Positions 38,299 through 48,916 are shown, counted from the first letter of the stretch. The stretch is 64,000 bases of DNA from an uncultured Bacteroidaceae bacterium (GCA_944320955.1 CALUJL010000021.1:130516-194515); one strand, 5' to 3'. Notes: generated from the sequence alone by a model not told the origin. Translations and numbers: made by a program.

Positions 38299-41112
38299 TC
38301 AGTTCTTCCCCGGGCCTCGTTGTACCCCGGATTCCCCCCTCGTGGCGGCCAGCCCCGCGTAGAGCTCCAGCAGGCGGGCTACGATTTCCTCCTCGCCGGG
38401 GTCGCGGCGCCAGCCGTAGGCGGCGAGCACGGCGCGGTCGTTGCGGCGGTGTGCCTCGCGCAGGGCGGGCGGCATGGCCGCCGCGTCGTAGAGGTCGGCC
38501 AGCGACGCGCCGGGAAACTGCGCCCGGACCTCGAGTATGCCCTGCGCCGCCTCTTCGATGCGCTCCCGCTGCGCGGCCGAAACCTCGGGCCACGGAAAGT
38601 TATTATACACAATGTCTTTGCTGTAGCGGTAGCGCATTTCCAATCGCCCGCACACGGCGCGCATCCACGCCATGTGCAACGAGCTCGAGAGCACGCCCAG
38701 ATGGTAGAGCGTGGCGGAAGGGATAATCTGTACTGCATCGCTTGCCACCGTATCGGCAGGCATGAAGCCGATCGGGACATACTCGCGCCGCTCGGAAGAA
38801 ACACGCGGGATTAACAAATAATCCTCCCCGTCCGGCTGCGTAATCTGCGCGAACAAATGGGGTACCCGGGCATAGCCGTTCGTTGTCTTCGCCGTAGAGG
38901 CAAGACGGAACTCCCGTACCGCATTCACCTTTTTATATAGGATCTTGTCACGCCGGATAACATCCGGAGTTGCCTCCTTCAGCCACAGGCACCAACGCTC
39001 CTTGCCGTTGATGAACTCTTCCGCCCCTATATACGGGCGCAACCAGCGTGCCGTCTCCGGCGACTTCGAGAGTATGTCGGCACGCTCTTCCGGACTGATT
39101 ACAAAATTACCTCCATCGCGCGGCTGGTTGCCGAAATTCATTTTGGGTACATCGCAAAGCGGGCGGCTACGGGCAGCCACGAGCACCGATGTTCCCGGCA
39201 CAAGATAAGGGCTGATACTTTCGGCCACCTGTGCCTCATCGCCCACTTTATAAATGCACTTCTGCGGACGGTCGAAGGCCGCAAAGCCTACAATGACGCA
39301 GTGCACCGCCGCTTTTTCGCTGGCCTCGCTGGTCCACCTGAAAGTCTGCCAGGCGAAATTGATATGAATGCCGTAATCGCGAAACAATACGCCCCACAAG
39401 ACTGCCACTTGGGCGCCTTGGCTAATGGAATTGGTCGAAACGAAAGCTGCCTCCGAGTGCGTACCTTGCAAGTATTCTGCCGCCTTCTTGTACCAGCCGC
39501 ACACGTAGTCCAAGTCCTGTACGTCCTTGATTTTCCCGAACAAATCCTGTATTTCCTGCTTTTCCCGGCTGCCCTGCTTCATCAGCCTCGCCCCGACGAA
39601 GGGCGGATTGCCTATGATGTAGTCCGCCTTCCCCCCGGGGCAGAGCGCGTCCCAGTCCATGCGCAGGGCGTTTCCCTCCGCAATGTTCGGGTAGGACTTC
39701 AGGGGCAGATAGTCGAGCGCGTGGCCCACGATGAGCTCCGTCTGCTGCATCATCTGCGCCTCGGCTATCCAGAGCGCCGTACGCGCCACGGAAACGGCAA
39801 AGTCGTTGAGCTCGATGCCGTAGAACTGCCCGATGGACACCTTGATGGGGCTGAAGTCGTCGCCCAGGCCCTGCTGCCCCTTCCAGAGGAGGCGCAAGCA
39901 GTCGTTCTCCAGACGGCGCAGGGAGAGGTAGGTCTCGGTCAGGAAGTTGCCGCTTCCGCAGGCGGGATCGAGGAAGCGGAGCGAGGCCAGCCGGTCGCGG
40001 AACTGCCCGATGCGCCGTGCGCGCACCGCCCCGTCGCGCAGGAGGCGCAGGTGGTCGAGCTCGCGGCGCAGGGAGTCGAGGAAGAGGGGGTCAATGACGC
40101 GGTGTATGTTCTCCACGCTGGTGTAGTGCATCCCGCCGCGGCGGCGCGTGTCGGGGTTGAGGGTGCTCTCGAAGAGGGCGCCGAAGATGGTGGGCGAGAT
40201 GCGGCTCCAGTCGAAATCGTCGCTCGCGTGCTTGAGGAGCAGGGTCATGATTTCGGGCGTGAGGCGGGGTATCTCGATGTCCGCCTCGGCAAAAAGGCCG
40301 CCGTTGACGTAGGGGAAGGCCAGGAGAGCCTCCCGCTCGTAGGGGTCGCGCCGGGCGGCGGGCGTGTCGAGGATGCGGAAGAGGTCGATGAGCGCACGGC
40401 GGGCCTCCTCGGGCGGGTACTGGGCCAGGTAGTCGTGGAACTGCCCGTGGCGGCCGAAGAGGCCGGCGTCTTCGGCATAGAGGCAGAAGACGAGGCGCAC
40501 GCAGAGCACGTTGAGGCTGCGCAACGTGGCGGGACAGGATGGGTCGCGGTACTCGCGGAGCAGCGCGTCGTAGAGCCGGGCCACGATTTCGCCCGCCTGC
40601 AGGGAGACTTCCTCCTCGGCGCGGACGTGGCTGTCGCCGCTGTCGACGAGGAACTGCAGCCGCCAGCAGTCCTCCGGCAGGCGCGCGAGCAGGATTTCCT
40701 CGGGCTCGCGCCCGGGCTGTTCCATGTCGTAGACCAGGAAGGAGCTGAAGTTGCAGGCCACAATCCAGCGGGGGCGCAGGGAAAAGGGCAGGCGGTCGGC
40801 ATAGCGCTTGGCCTGCATGTAGGGAGTGAGGGACACGCCGTCGCTCTGCAGCTCGGCCTTGCGCAGATCGCGCCCGAGGGCTTTCTGCTCGACGAGCACG
40901 CGGGTCGGGCGGACATAGGCATCCACGAAGCCCGAAGCCCCGTAGGGCCTCATCGGCATCTCGAAGTCCACGACCCGCTCGGGCTGCTCCACGCCGAACA
41001 CGTCCCGGAGCAGGGCCAGCCAGAACGGCTGCGCCTCTCCCTTCTCATAGCCGCGCCCCTGCCACTCCCTGGCAAAGCGGCGGGCGGCTTCCTGCTGCGC
41101 CTGTTTGTCCAT
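38299..41112 (-). CDS. Type IIL (MmeI-family) single-polypeptide restriction-modification enzyme: N-terminal nuclease region, gamma-class N6-adenine methyltransferase, C-terminal target-recognition region
   Basis: SAM motif I FLDPACGSGNFL and motif IV GNPPFVGA. The ~940-aa length and domain order are typical of MmeI-like enzymes. Start trimmed to MDKQAQQEAARRF. Confidence 0.7.
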   Translation of the reverse strand: MDKQAQQEAARRFAREWQGRGYEKGEAQPFWLALLRDVFGVEQPERVVDFEMPMRPYGASGFVDAYVRPTRVLVEQKALGRDLRKAELQSDGVSLTPYMQAKRYADRLPFSLRPRWIVACNFSSFLVYDMEQPGREPEEILLARLPEDCWRLQFLVDSGDSHVRAEEEVSLQAGEIVARLYDALLREYRDPSCPATLRSLNVLCVRLVFCLYAEDAGLFGRHGQFHDYLAQYPPEEARRALIDLFRILDTPAARRDPYEREALLAFPYVNGGLFAEADIEIPRLTPEIMTLLLKHASDDFDWSRISPTIFGALFESTLNPDTRRRGGMHYTSVENIHRVIDPLFLDSLRRELDHLRLLRDGAVRARRIGQFRDRLASLRFLDPACGSGNFLTETYLSLRRLENDCLRLLWKGQQGLGDDFSPIKVSIGQFYGIELNDFAVSVARTALWIAEAQMMQQTELIVGHALDYLPLKSYPNIAEGNALRMDWDALCPGGKADYIIGNPPFVGARLMKQGSREKQEIQDLFGKIKDVQDLDYVCGWYKKAAEYLQGTHSEAAFVSTNSISQGAQVAVLWGVLFRDYGIHINFAWQTFRWTSEASEKAAVHCVIVGFAAFDRPQKCIYKVGDEAQVAESISPYLVPGTSVLVAARSRPLCDVPKMNFGNQPRDGGNFVISPEERADILSKSPETARWLRPYIGAEEFINGKERWCLWLKEATPDVIRRDKILYKKVNAVREFRLASTAKTTNGYARVPHLFAQITQPDGEDYLLIPRVSSERREYVPIGFMPADTVASDAVQIIPSATLYHLGVLSSSLHMAWMRAVCGRLEMRYRYSKDIVYNNFPWPEVSAAQRERIEEAAQGILEVRAQFPGASLADLYDAAAMPPALREAHRRNDRAVLAAYGWRRDPGEEEIVARLLELYAGLAATRGESGVQRGPGKN

Positions 41113-41263
41113 ATCCGTCACGATCTGAAAGGTTTGTATGCAAAGATAGTACAAACGAGCGAAACGAAAGCCCTATTCCGCTCCCGAATGCAGCCGGCCC
41201 GTGGCGGGAAAACGAAAAAACTGCGGGAGACGGCGCACCGTCTTCCGCAGCATGTGAGCAACT

Positions 41264-41340
41264 TGGTGGAGTATAGCGGACTCGAACCGCTCACCTCGAC
41301 ACTGCCAGTGTCGCGCTCTAGCCAGATGAGCTAATACCCC
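41264..41340 (-). tRNA. tRNA-Ala (anticodon GGC), CCA encoded
   Basis: Manual fold: acceptor GGGGTAT/ATACTCC with the G3:U70 Ala identity pair, U8, D-arm GCTC/GAGC, anticodon stem CGACA/TGTCG, loop cuGGCag, T-arm AGCGG-TTCGAGT-CCGCT, discriminator A, CCA. Confidence 0.8.
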
Positions 41341-41357
41341 TTTTTGGTTTTGCGCTG

Positions 41358-41365
41358 CAAAGATA
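41358..41365 (-). promoter_or_regulatory. -7 box TAtcTTTG for tRNA-Ala (minus strand)
   Basis: The reverse complement of caaagata lies ~18 nt upstream of the tRNA 5' end. It forms an inverted pair with the plus-strand box at 41389-41396. Confidence 0.45.
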
Positions 41366-41388
41366 GGGACTTTTTCTGAAATAAGAAG

Positions 41389-41396
41389 TATCTTTG
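41389..41396 (+). promoter_or_regulatory. -7 box TAtcTTTG (plus strand), divergent from the tRNA promoter; candidate ruvC promoter
   Basis: TAnnTTTG motif; a hairpin-repeat array (41409-41600) lies between it and the ruvC ATG. Confidence 0.35.
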
Positions 41397-41408
41397 CGCA
41401 GTTTTTTT

Positions 41409-41600
41409 TGAGAAAAGTCTTCCGGCCCGCCCCGGACGGGGGAAACGCGCCCCGCCTGCCCGCCCCGCGCCCCCGGCGCCGGCCTGCGGAGGAGGGAAAA
41501 AAGCGGCAGGGCTTTTCCGAAAAACTGGCAGGACTTTCCGAGAAAAGCGGCAGCGCTTTCTGCACACGGCGGCAGCGCTTTTCCCGGAAAGCCCCGGGAT
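41409..41600. repeat. Hairpin-repeat array, largest copy (4 or more units)
   Basis: ggaaaaaagcggcagggcttttccgaaaaactggcaggactttccgagaaaagcggcagcgctttctgcacacggcggcagcgcttttcccggaaa, preceded by a GC-rich tract. Confidence 0.6.
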
Positions 41601-41612
41601 AACAAAAAGGAA

Positions 41613-42239
41613 ATGGCAGAACCGGAAAAAGAAAGAATCATACTGGGCATCGACCCGGGCACGAACGTCATGGGCTACGGCCTGCTGCGCGTCGCGGGCA
41701 ACCGGCCGGCGCTCGTGACGATGGGCGTCATCGACCTGCGCAAGTGCAAGGACGCGTATCTCAAGCTCAAGCACATCCACGACCGCGTGACCGGCATCAT
41801 CGAAGGCTTCCTGCCCGACGAGATGGCCATCGAGGCCCCCTTCTTCGGGAAAAACGTGCAGTCGATGCTCAAGCTGGGGCGCGCCCAGGGCGTGGCCATA
41901 GCGGCCGCCTTGAGCCGCGACGTCCCCATCACGGAATACGCCCCGCTGAAGATAAAAATGGCCATCACCGGCAACGGCGGCGCCAGCAAGGAGCAGGTGG
42001 GCGACATGCTCCGCCGCATGCTCCGCATCCCCCCCTCGGAGATGAGCGACTTCATGGACGCCACCGACGCCCTCGCCGCGGCCTACTGCCACTTCCTCCA
42101 GACCAACTCGCCCGTGCCCCGCGAAAAAGGATACCACGGGTGGAAAGACTTCATCCGCAAGAACCCCTCGCGGGTGGCGGGCAGCCCCCTCGCGCACGCC
42201 CCGGCGCCCTCACCCGCCGACACAACCGAACGACAATGA
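41613..42239 (+). CDS. ruvC: Crossover junction endodeoxyribonuclease RuvC
   Basis: [16 protein letters not shown] catalytic N-terminus. The stop overlaps the next ATG (ATGA). Confidence 0.85.
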   Translation: MAEPEKERIILGIDPGTNVMGYGLLRVAGNRPALVTMGVIDLRKCKDAYLKLKHIHDRVTGIIEGFLPDEMAIEAPFFGKNVQSMLKLGRAQGVAIAAALSRDVPITEYAPLKIKMAITGNGGASKEQVGDMLRRMLRIPPSEMSDFMDATDALAAAYCHFLQTNSPVPREKGYHGWKDFIRKNPSRVAGSPLAHAPAPSPADTTERQ

Positions 42240-43738
42240 ACCCTACGCAAGAAATCATCCGCATCACCCACGGCGTGACGCGCCACCCCGACTACCGGAT
42301 GGCGGAACCCGTGGAACTCTCCTTCTGCGACGGCGAGCACATAGCCATCGTGGGCCCCAACGGGGGCGGGAAGTCGCTCCTCGTCAACGAAATCACCGGC
42401 CGCCTCCCCCTGCTCCACCCGGGCGAGGTGAAATACGACTTCCGCCCGTCTACGCGGAACTCGGCCTACGAGAACATCAAGTACATCACCTTCCGCGACA
42501 CCTACGGCGCGGCCGACGACGGATACTACTACCAACAGCGCTGGAACACGCACGACCTGGACGACACGCCCACCGTCGGCCAGCAGCTCGCCGCCCTGCC
42601 CCACGCCCCCGCCGCAGGCCCCGGCAGCCCGGAGCACGGCGCCCTGCGCGAGGAGCTCTACGACCTCTTCCAGATGCGCCCCCTGCTCGACAAGAGCCTC
42701 CTGCTCCTCTCCAGCGGCGAGATGCGCCGCTTCCAGCTCATCAAGGCCCTGCTCCAGCAGCCCCGCGTGCTCATCATAGACAACCCCTACATCGGCCTCG
42801 ACGCCCCCACGCGCCAGCGGCTGACCGACCTGCTCACACGGCTCTCCGAGCGGCGCGGCCTGCAGGTCGTGCTCGTCCTCTCGATGCTCGACGACGTGCC
42901 CCCGTTTGTCACCCACGTGCTCCCGGTGGCCGGCCGCCGCGTAGGCCGGAAAGTGACCCGCGCGGAATACCTCGCCTCCCTCAGCCTGCCGGGCGAAGCC
43001 TCCTCCGCCCTGCCCGGGGAGCTGCGCCGCGCCATCCTCGACCTGCCCCCGAAGGAGGACACCATGGCCGGCGACCCCACCGTGGGGCTGCACCGCGTGA
43101 GCATCCGCTACGGCGAACGCACCATCCTGCGCGAGCTGGACTGGACCGTGATGCAGGGCGAGAAGTGGGCCCTCTCGGGCGAAAACGGCAGCGGGAAGTC
43201 GACACTGCTCAGCCTCGTCTGCGCCGACAACCCGCAGTCCTATGCCTGCGACATCACCCTCTTCGGCCGCCGCCGCGGCTCGGGCGAGAGCATCTGGGAA
43301 ATCAAGCGCCACATCGGCTACGTCTCGCCCGAGATGCACCGCGCCTACCAGAAGGATCTGCCGGCCGTGCACATCGTGGCTTCCGGACTGCACGACAGCA
43401 TCGGGCTCTACGTGAAGCCCCGGCCCGAACAGATGGGCATCTGCACGTTCTGGATGGACATCTTCGGCGTAGGCCACCTGCGCGACCGCACCTTCCTCAG
43501 CCTATCGAGCGGCGAACAGAGGCTCGTGCTCCTGGCCCGCGCCTTCGTCAAAGACCCGGAACTGCTCATCCTCGACGAACCCCTGCACGGCCTCGACACG
43601 TACAACCGCGCCCGGGTGAAGGAAATCATCGAGACCTTCTGCCGGCGGCCGAAGAAGACGCTCATCATGGTCACCCACTACGAGCAGGAACTGCCCGCCT
43701 GCATCGACCACCGCCTCTACCTGAAGCGGCAAGCCTGA
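42236..43738 (+). CDS. ABC-type ATPase with two fused nucleotide-binding domains (no TM domain)
   Basis: Two Walker A motifs ([16 protein letters not shown]), two signature motifs ([16 protein letters not shown]) and Walker B motifs. Start at ATG 42236. Confidence 0.75.
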   Translation: MNPTQEIIRITHGVTRHPDYRMAEPVELSFCDGEHIAIVGPNGGGKSLLVNEITGRLPLLHPGEVKYDFRPSTRNSAYENIKYITFRDTYGAADDGYYYQQRWNTHDLDDTPTVGQQLAALPHAPAAGPGSPEHGALREELYDLFQMRPLLDKSLLLLSSGEMRRFQLIKALLQQPRVLIIDNPYIGLDAPTRQRLTDLLTRLSERRGLQVVLVLSMLDDVPPFVTHVLPVAGRRVGRKVTRAEYLASLSLPGEASSALPGELRRAILDLPPKEDTMAGDPTVGLHRVSIRYGERTILRELDWTVMQGEKWALSGENGSGKSTLLSLVCADNPQSYACDITLFGRRRGSGESIWEIKRHIGYVSPEMHRAYQKDLPAVHIVASGLHDSIGLYVKPRPEQMGICTFWMDIFGVGHLRDRTFLSLSSGEQRLVLLARAFVKDPELLILDEPLHGLDTYNRARVKEIIETFCRRPKKTLIMVTHYEQELPACIDHRLYLKRQA

Positions 43739-43778
43739 CTACCGAACCTACCAGCAAGCTCTTGAACTTATAACCGAT

Positions 43779-44990
43779 ATGATTTCATTAGACAAGATTT
43801 ACCAAGCGTCGTATGTGCTCAAGGATGCCATCCGGCGCACCGACCTGATTGCCGCCCCGCGCATCGCCCACGAGTGCGAGCTCTACCTGAAACCGGAGAA
43901 CCTGCAAATCACGGGCTCCTTCAAGGTGCGGGGTGCGTACTACATGATCTCCCAACTGAGCGAGGAGGAGAAGCAGCGCGGCGTCATAGCCTGCTCGGCC
44001 GGCAACCACGCCCAGGGCGTGGCACTGGCCGCTTCGCGCATGGGCATCTCCTCGCTCATCTGCCTGCCCGACGGGGCACCCATCTCCAAGGTGGAGGCCA
44101 CCAAACGGCTGGGTGCCGACATCTGCCTCGTGCCCGGGGTCTACGACGACGCCTACAACCGCGCCCTCGAACTCAAGGAGGAAAAGGGATACACCTTCGT
44201 ACATCCGTTTGACAACGAAAACGTCATCTGCGGACAGGGCACCATCGGCCTCGAACTGCTCAACCAGCTGCCCGACGCCGAGGTGGTGCTCGTGCCCATC
44301 GGCGGCGGCGGTCTGGCCTCGGGCCTTGCCTTCGCCATGAAGCAGCTCAAGCCGACGGTCAAGATCTACGGCGTGCAAGCCGACGGGGCGCCCAGCATGC
44401 TCAACTCCCTGGCGCACGAAAAGATAGAGTGCCTGCCGGCGGTCTCCACCATAGCCGACGGAATAGCCGTCAAGGAGCCGGGCGAGCACACCTTCGAGCT
44501 GTGCCGGAAGTATCTGGACGGCATCGTCACCGTCTCGGACGAGGAGATTGCCACGGCCATCCTCAGCCTCATCGAGAAACACAAGCTCATAGCCGAAGGA
44601 GCGGGCGCCGTCTCCGTGGCCGCGGCCATGTTCGGCAAGGTTCCCGTAGAGGGGAAGAAAGTCATCGCAGTGGTTTCGGGAGGAAACATCGACGTCAACA
44701 TCCTCTCGCGCGTCATCACCCGCGGACTGCGCAAGAGCGGACGCAGCTGCGTGCTCACCATCGAGCTGGCCGACAAGCCGGGACAACTCCTCGGCGTGTC
44801 GCAAATCATAGCCGAGGCGGGCGGCAACATCATCTCCGTCTACCACGAACGCTCCGGCAACAGCATCGACCTCAACGGATGCTTCCTGCGCCTCGTGCTG
44901 GAGACGCGCAACGAGGAGCACATACAGGAAATCCGCCAGAAACTGACCCAAAGCGGTTTCCACATCACGGACGACTTCTACAACATGTAA
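43779..44990 (+). CDS. ilvA: Threonine ammonia-lyase (threonine dehydratase) with C-terminal ACT-like regulatory domain
   Basis: PLP-lysine motif (ITGSFKVRGAY) and glycine loop (GGGGLASG). Confidence 0.85.
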   Translation: MISLDKIYQASYVLKDAIRRTDLIAAPRIAHECELYLKPENLQITGSFKVRGAYYMISQLSEEEKQRGVIACSAGNHAQGVALAASRMGISSLICLPDGAPISKVEATKRLGADICLVPGVYDDAYNRALELKEEKGYTFVHPFDNENVICGQGTIGLELLNQLPDAEVVLVPIGGGGLASGLAFAMKQLKPTVKIYGVQADGAPSMLNSLAHEKIECLPAVSTIADGIAVKEPGEHTFELCRKYLDGIVTVSDEEIATAILSLIEKHKLIAEGAGAVSVAAAMFGKVPVEGKKVIAVVSGGNIDVNILSRVITRGLRKSGRSCVLTIELADKPGQLLGVSQIIAEAGGNIISVYHERSGNSIDLNGCFLRLVLETRNEEHIQEIRQKLTQSGFHITDDFYNM

Positions 44991-45036
44991 CCCCCTGCCC
45001 CGCCGGGCCGCCGCCCGGCACCGGACACAAGAGACA

Positions 45037-45077
45037 CAGCGGGTGCAGCCGGATTTCCCCTCCGGCTGCACCCGCTG
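45037..45077. other. 17-bp perfect-stem hairpin (cagcgggtgcagccgga / tccggctgcacccgctg, 7-nt loop) without a U-tract
   Basis: Inverted repeat seen directly. It sits at the boundary between high-GC ilvA and an AT-rich region. Confidence 0.5.
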
Positions 45078-45119
45078 CATTATGGGCCGATAAACAAACT
45101 ACCTTATTATATATAGGAA

Positions 45120-45667
45120 CTATTTGTCCTTCTCCTTCCGCTTAATCGTATGCTTCAATTTCAATACAGCAAAGTTAAGTTCGATTTCCGTCTCCGTTTC
45201 GTTTGTCTGCATATCCTCACCAAACAAATCAGCCATAATTTCTCCGCTCTTTTGCATGAGCGACTTCTGTGTAAACTTATCCGGATTTGCTGAAAGTTCG
45301 CCAATAGTACGCGACAATTCCCTCAACTTGGCAAAAGCCTCAATGATGGAGATTGTGGTCTCGTTGCCTTACCACTTTTCAAAATGGTAGCCAACATATA
45401 CAAACCCTTCTCGGTAAAAGCCTTTGGAATAACCCGGCTCTTGGGACTGCTTGCAATCAATCTTTTTGATCGCAAAACCTCAAATTCTTCTTTATCAAGC
45501 TCAAGCACATAACCCATAGGGAATTTCTTGGGATTATTCTTAACGGCTTGATTTATTTCTCGCGTTTCCACTCCATACAATTCTGCCACTGCAAAATCCA
45601 AGATGACATCCAGATCACGCAGACGGATTATCTTCTCTTTAACTTCTTGATAGGGTAGCAAGTTCAT
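45120..45667 (-). pseudogene. ORF6N-domain (phage antirepressor-like DNA-binding) gene disrupted by a frameshift
   Basis: The upstream ORF (45323-45667) carries the ORF6N core (IIRLRDLDVILDFAVAELYGVETREINQAVKNNPKKFP..FTEKGLYMLATILKS). Translating the other frame continues ..TISIIEAFAKLRELSRTIGEL.., which matches the downstream ORF (45120-45326). The locus is AT-rich (~40% GC). Confidence 0.55.
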
Positions 45668-45712
45668 ATACTTGCGACTTTAATTATTTCTGTATTCCAT
45701 CTATTAAGCCGC

Positions 45713-47134
45713 TCAAGCATCTCCCCCCGACGGCAGCTCCGCCGGGTCGGCATCGGCCTCCTCTTCCGGACGGAAAGCCGGCGCAATCCGCTTCTTGGGG
45801 TTCAGCCCCAGGCGCCGGAGCTGCTCGACCTGGGAGACCACGCTGCCCCGCCCGTCCTTCAGCTGCCCGAAAGCACGCTCATACTGCTCCTGCGCCCGCG
45901 AAAGGGACGTGCCCACGGCGGAAAACGTCTCCGTGAAAGTCACCACTTTCTCGTAGAGGCGCGTCCCGCGGTCCACGATTTTCTGCACGTTCTGCGCCTG
46001 GTATTCCCGTTTCCAGAGGTCCAGGGCCAGCCGCAGGGCCGTAATGAGGTTCGTGGGGCTCATGAGTACCACTTTCTTGGCGTATGCCTCGTTCCACAGT
46101 TCCGGGGCTTCCTGCAGGACCAGCAGGTAGGCCGGCTCGGAGGGCATGAACATCATCACGAAGTCGGGCGCTTTCGCATCGTAGGCCGAGTAGTCCTTGG
46201 CGCTCAGCTCGTCGATATGCTTGCGCACCGAGAGGATATGCTCCTTCAGGGCTGCCGCACGCGCCGGGTCGTCCGCAGCGTTGGCATAAGCGGCATAGGC
46301 CGTAAGCGAAACCTTGGAATCGATGATCATGTCGCGCCCGCCGGGATAATGCACCACCACGTCGGGCTGCATGCGGCTGCCCGTCTCTTCGTTGCGCAGG
46401 GGCTGCCCCGTCTGCTCGTCGCGCAGCACTTCCTGCACCGAGTAATGTTCCCCCTCTTTCAGGCCCGAGGCCTCCAAGATGTGCGTGAGGATCATTTCGC
46501 CCCAATCGCCCTGCATCTTGGAGTCGCCCCGCAGGGCACGGGCCAGATTGTCGGCATCTTCACCCAGGCGGCCGCTGGCTTCCACCAGATTCTTTATCTG
46601 CTCTTTGAGCGAGAAGCACTGCCGCGCCTCCTCGCCATAGGCCTTCTCGACCTGTTCCTTGAAGCCTTTCAGGTCGGCCTGCAGGGGTTGCAGCAGGTCG
46701 CCCACCTGCTTGCGGCTCAACTCGGAGAACTCCCGGGAGTGCGACTGCAGGAGACGGGTGGAAATGTTCTCGAACTCCACGGCCATGCGGCGCTGCTGCC
46801 CGGCAGCGGCCTCGCGTTCGTCCTCCAGCCGGCGGGCGAAGGCAACTTCCTGCTCCTGCCTTTGGCGCAGGGAGGAAGCCCGCTCGTCCGAGAGGCGCTG
46901 CTCCCACTCGGCCCGGCACTCCTGCAGGCGCCGGTCGGCCTCGGCACGCACGCGCTCCAGTTCGGCAGCGGCCTGCGCCTGCTGCTGCCCGGCCGACTGG
47001 AGGAGCATACGGTTTTCCGCCTCAAGGGCAGACTGGGCCGCCGCCAGGCGGGCATTCCGGCGGGAAAGAAGCAGGTAACAAGCCGCCAACGCGGCAACTA
47101 ATACGATAATCAACAGAAAAGAAAACAAATCCAT
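45713..47134 (-). CDS. rmuC: DNA recombination protein RmuC
   Basis: N-terminal TM helix, long coiled-coil, and a C-terminal RmuC nuclease-like domain (..DFVMMFMPSEPAYL..). Confidence 0.8.
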   Translation of the reverse strand: MDLFSFLLIIVLVAALAACYLLLSRRNARLAAAQSALEAENRMLLQSAGQQQAQAAAELERVRAEADRRLQECRAEWEQRLSDERASSLRQRQEQEVAFARRLEDEREAAAGQQRRMAVEFENISTRLLQSHSREFSELSRKQVGDLLQPLQADLKGFKEQVEKAYGEEARQCFSLKEQIKNLVEASGRLGEDADNLARALRGDSKMQGDWGEMILTHILEASGLKEGEHYSVQEVLRDEQTGQPLRNEETGSRMQPDVVVHYPGGRDMIIDSKVSLTAYAAYANAADDPARAAALKEHILSVRKHIDELSAKDYSAYDAKAPDFVMMFMPSEPAYLLVLQEAPELWNEAYAKKVVLMSPTNLITALRLALDLWKREYQAQNVQKIVDRGTRLYEKVVTFTETFSAVGTSLSRAQEQYERAFGQLKDGRGSVVSQVEQLRRLGLNPKKRIAPAFRPEEEADADPAELPSGGDA

Positions 47135-47186
47135 GGGGATATTCCTATATAAATATGGTAAGACAGAAAGAAAACGCGCAGGCTTC

Positions 47187-47603
47187 TCACTCGCCCATCA
47201 GGGTGACGGAGACGGTGCGTGCGCCGCCGTGGTTGCGAAACTCGCAGAGATAGACGCCCTGCCACGTGCCCAGATTCAGCCGGCCCTCGCGGATGGGTAT
47301 CGTGACCGAAGCGCCCAGCAGCGAAGCCTTCACGTGCGCCGGCATATCGTCGTCGCCCTCCAGCGTATGGATGAAGTAAGGAGCCCCGTCGGGCACGGCA
47401 CGGCGGAAGAAACTTTCGAAGTCCTGGCGCACGTCGGGGTCGGCATTTTCGTTCAGAGTCAAGGCGGCCGACGTATGTTTCAGAAAGAGGACCATCAGCC
47501 CGTTGCGGGGCAGGCGGGAAACCCGGCGCATGATTTCGCCCGTAACCAGGTGGAAACCACGCGGACGGGGCGAGAGTTGGATGTCAAACGTTGTGCATTC
47601 CAT
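47187..47603 (-). CDS. YjbQ family protein (UPF0047, secondary thiamine-phosphate synthase-like)
   Basis: Conserved YjbQ blocks (HTSAAL.., ..GTWQGVYLCEFRNHGGAR). Confidence 0.7.
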   Translation of the reverse strand: MECTTFDIQLSPRPRGFHLVTGEIMRRVSRLPRNGLMVLFLKHTSAALTLNENADPDVRQDFESFFRRAVPDGAPYFIHTLEGDDDMPAHVKASLLGASVTIPIREGRLNLGTWQGVYLCEFRNHGGARTVSVTLMGE

Positions 47604-47658
47604 AAGAAAATTCGATGAAAAAGCGAGCACAAATATAGGGATTTATTTCTTTTGGCCT

Positions 47659-47666
47659 ATCTTTGT
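47659..47666 (+). promoter_or_regulatory. -7 box TAtcTTTG upstream of the saccharopine-dehydrogenase-family gene
   Basis: TAnnTTTG motif 45 nt upstream of the ATG at 47711. Confidence 0.35.
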
Positions 47667-47710
47667 AGGCGAAAACACTCTCACAAACAAAAATCAAGAA
47701 CCCCAAGATT

Positions 47711-48916
<1,206 letters not shown>

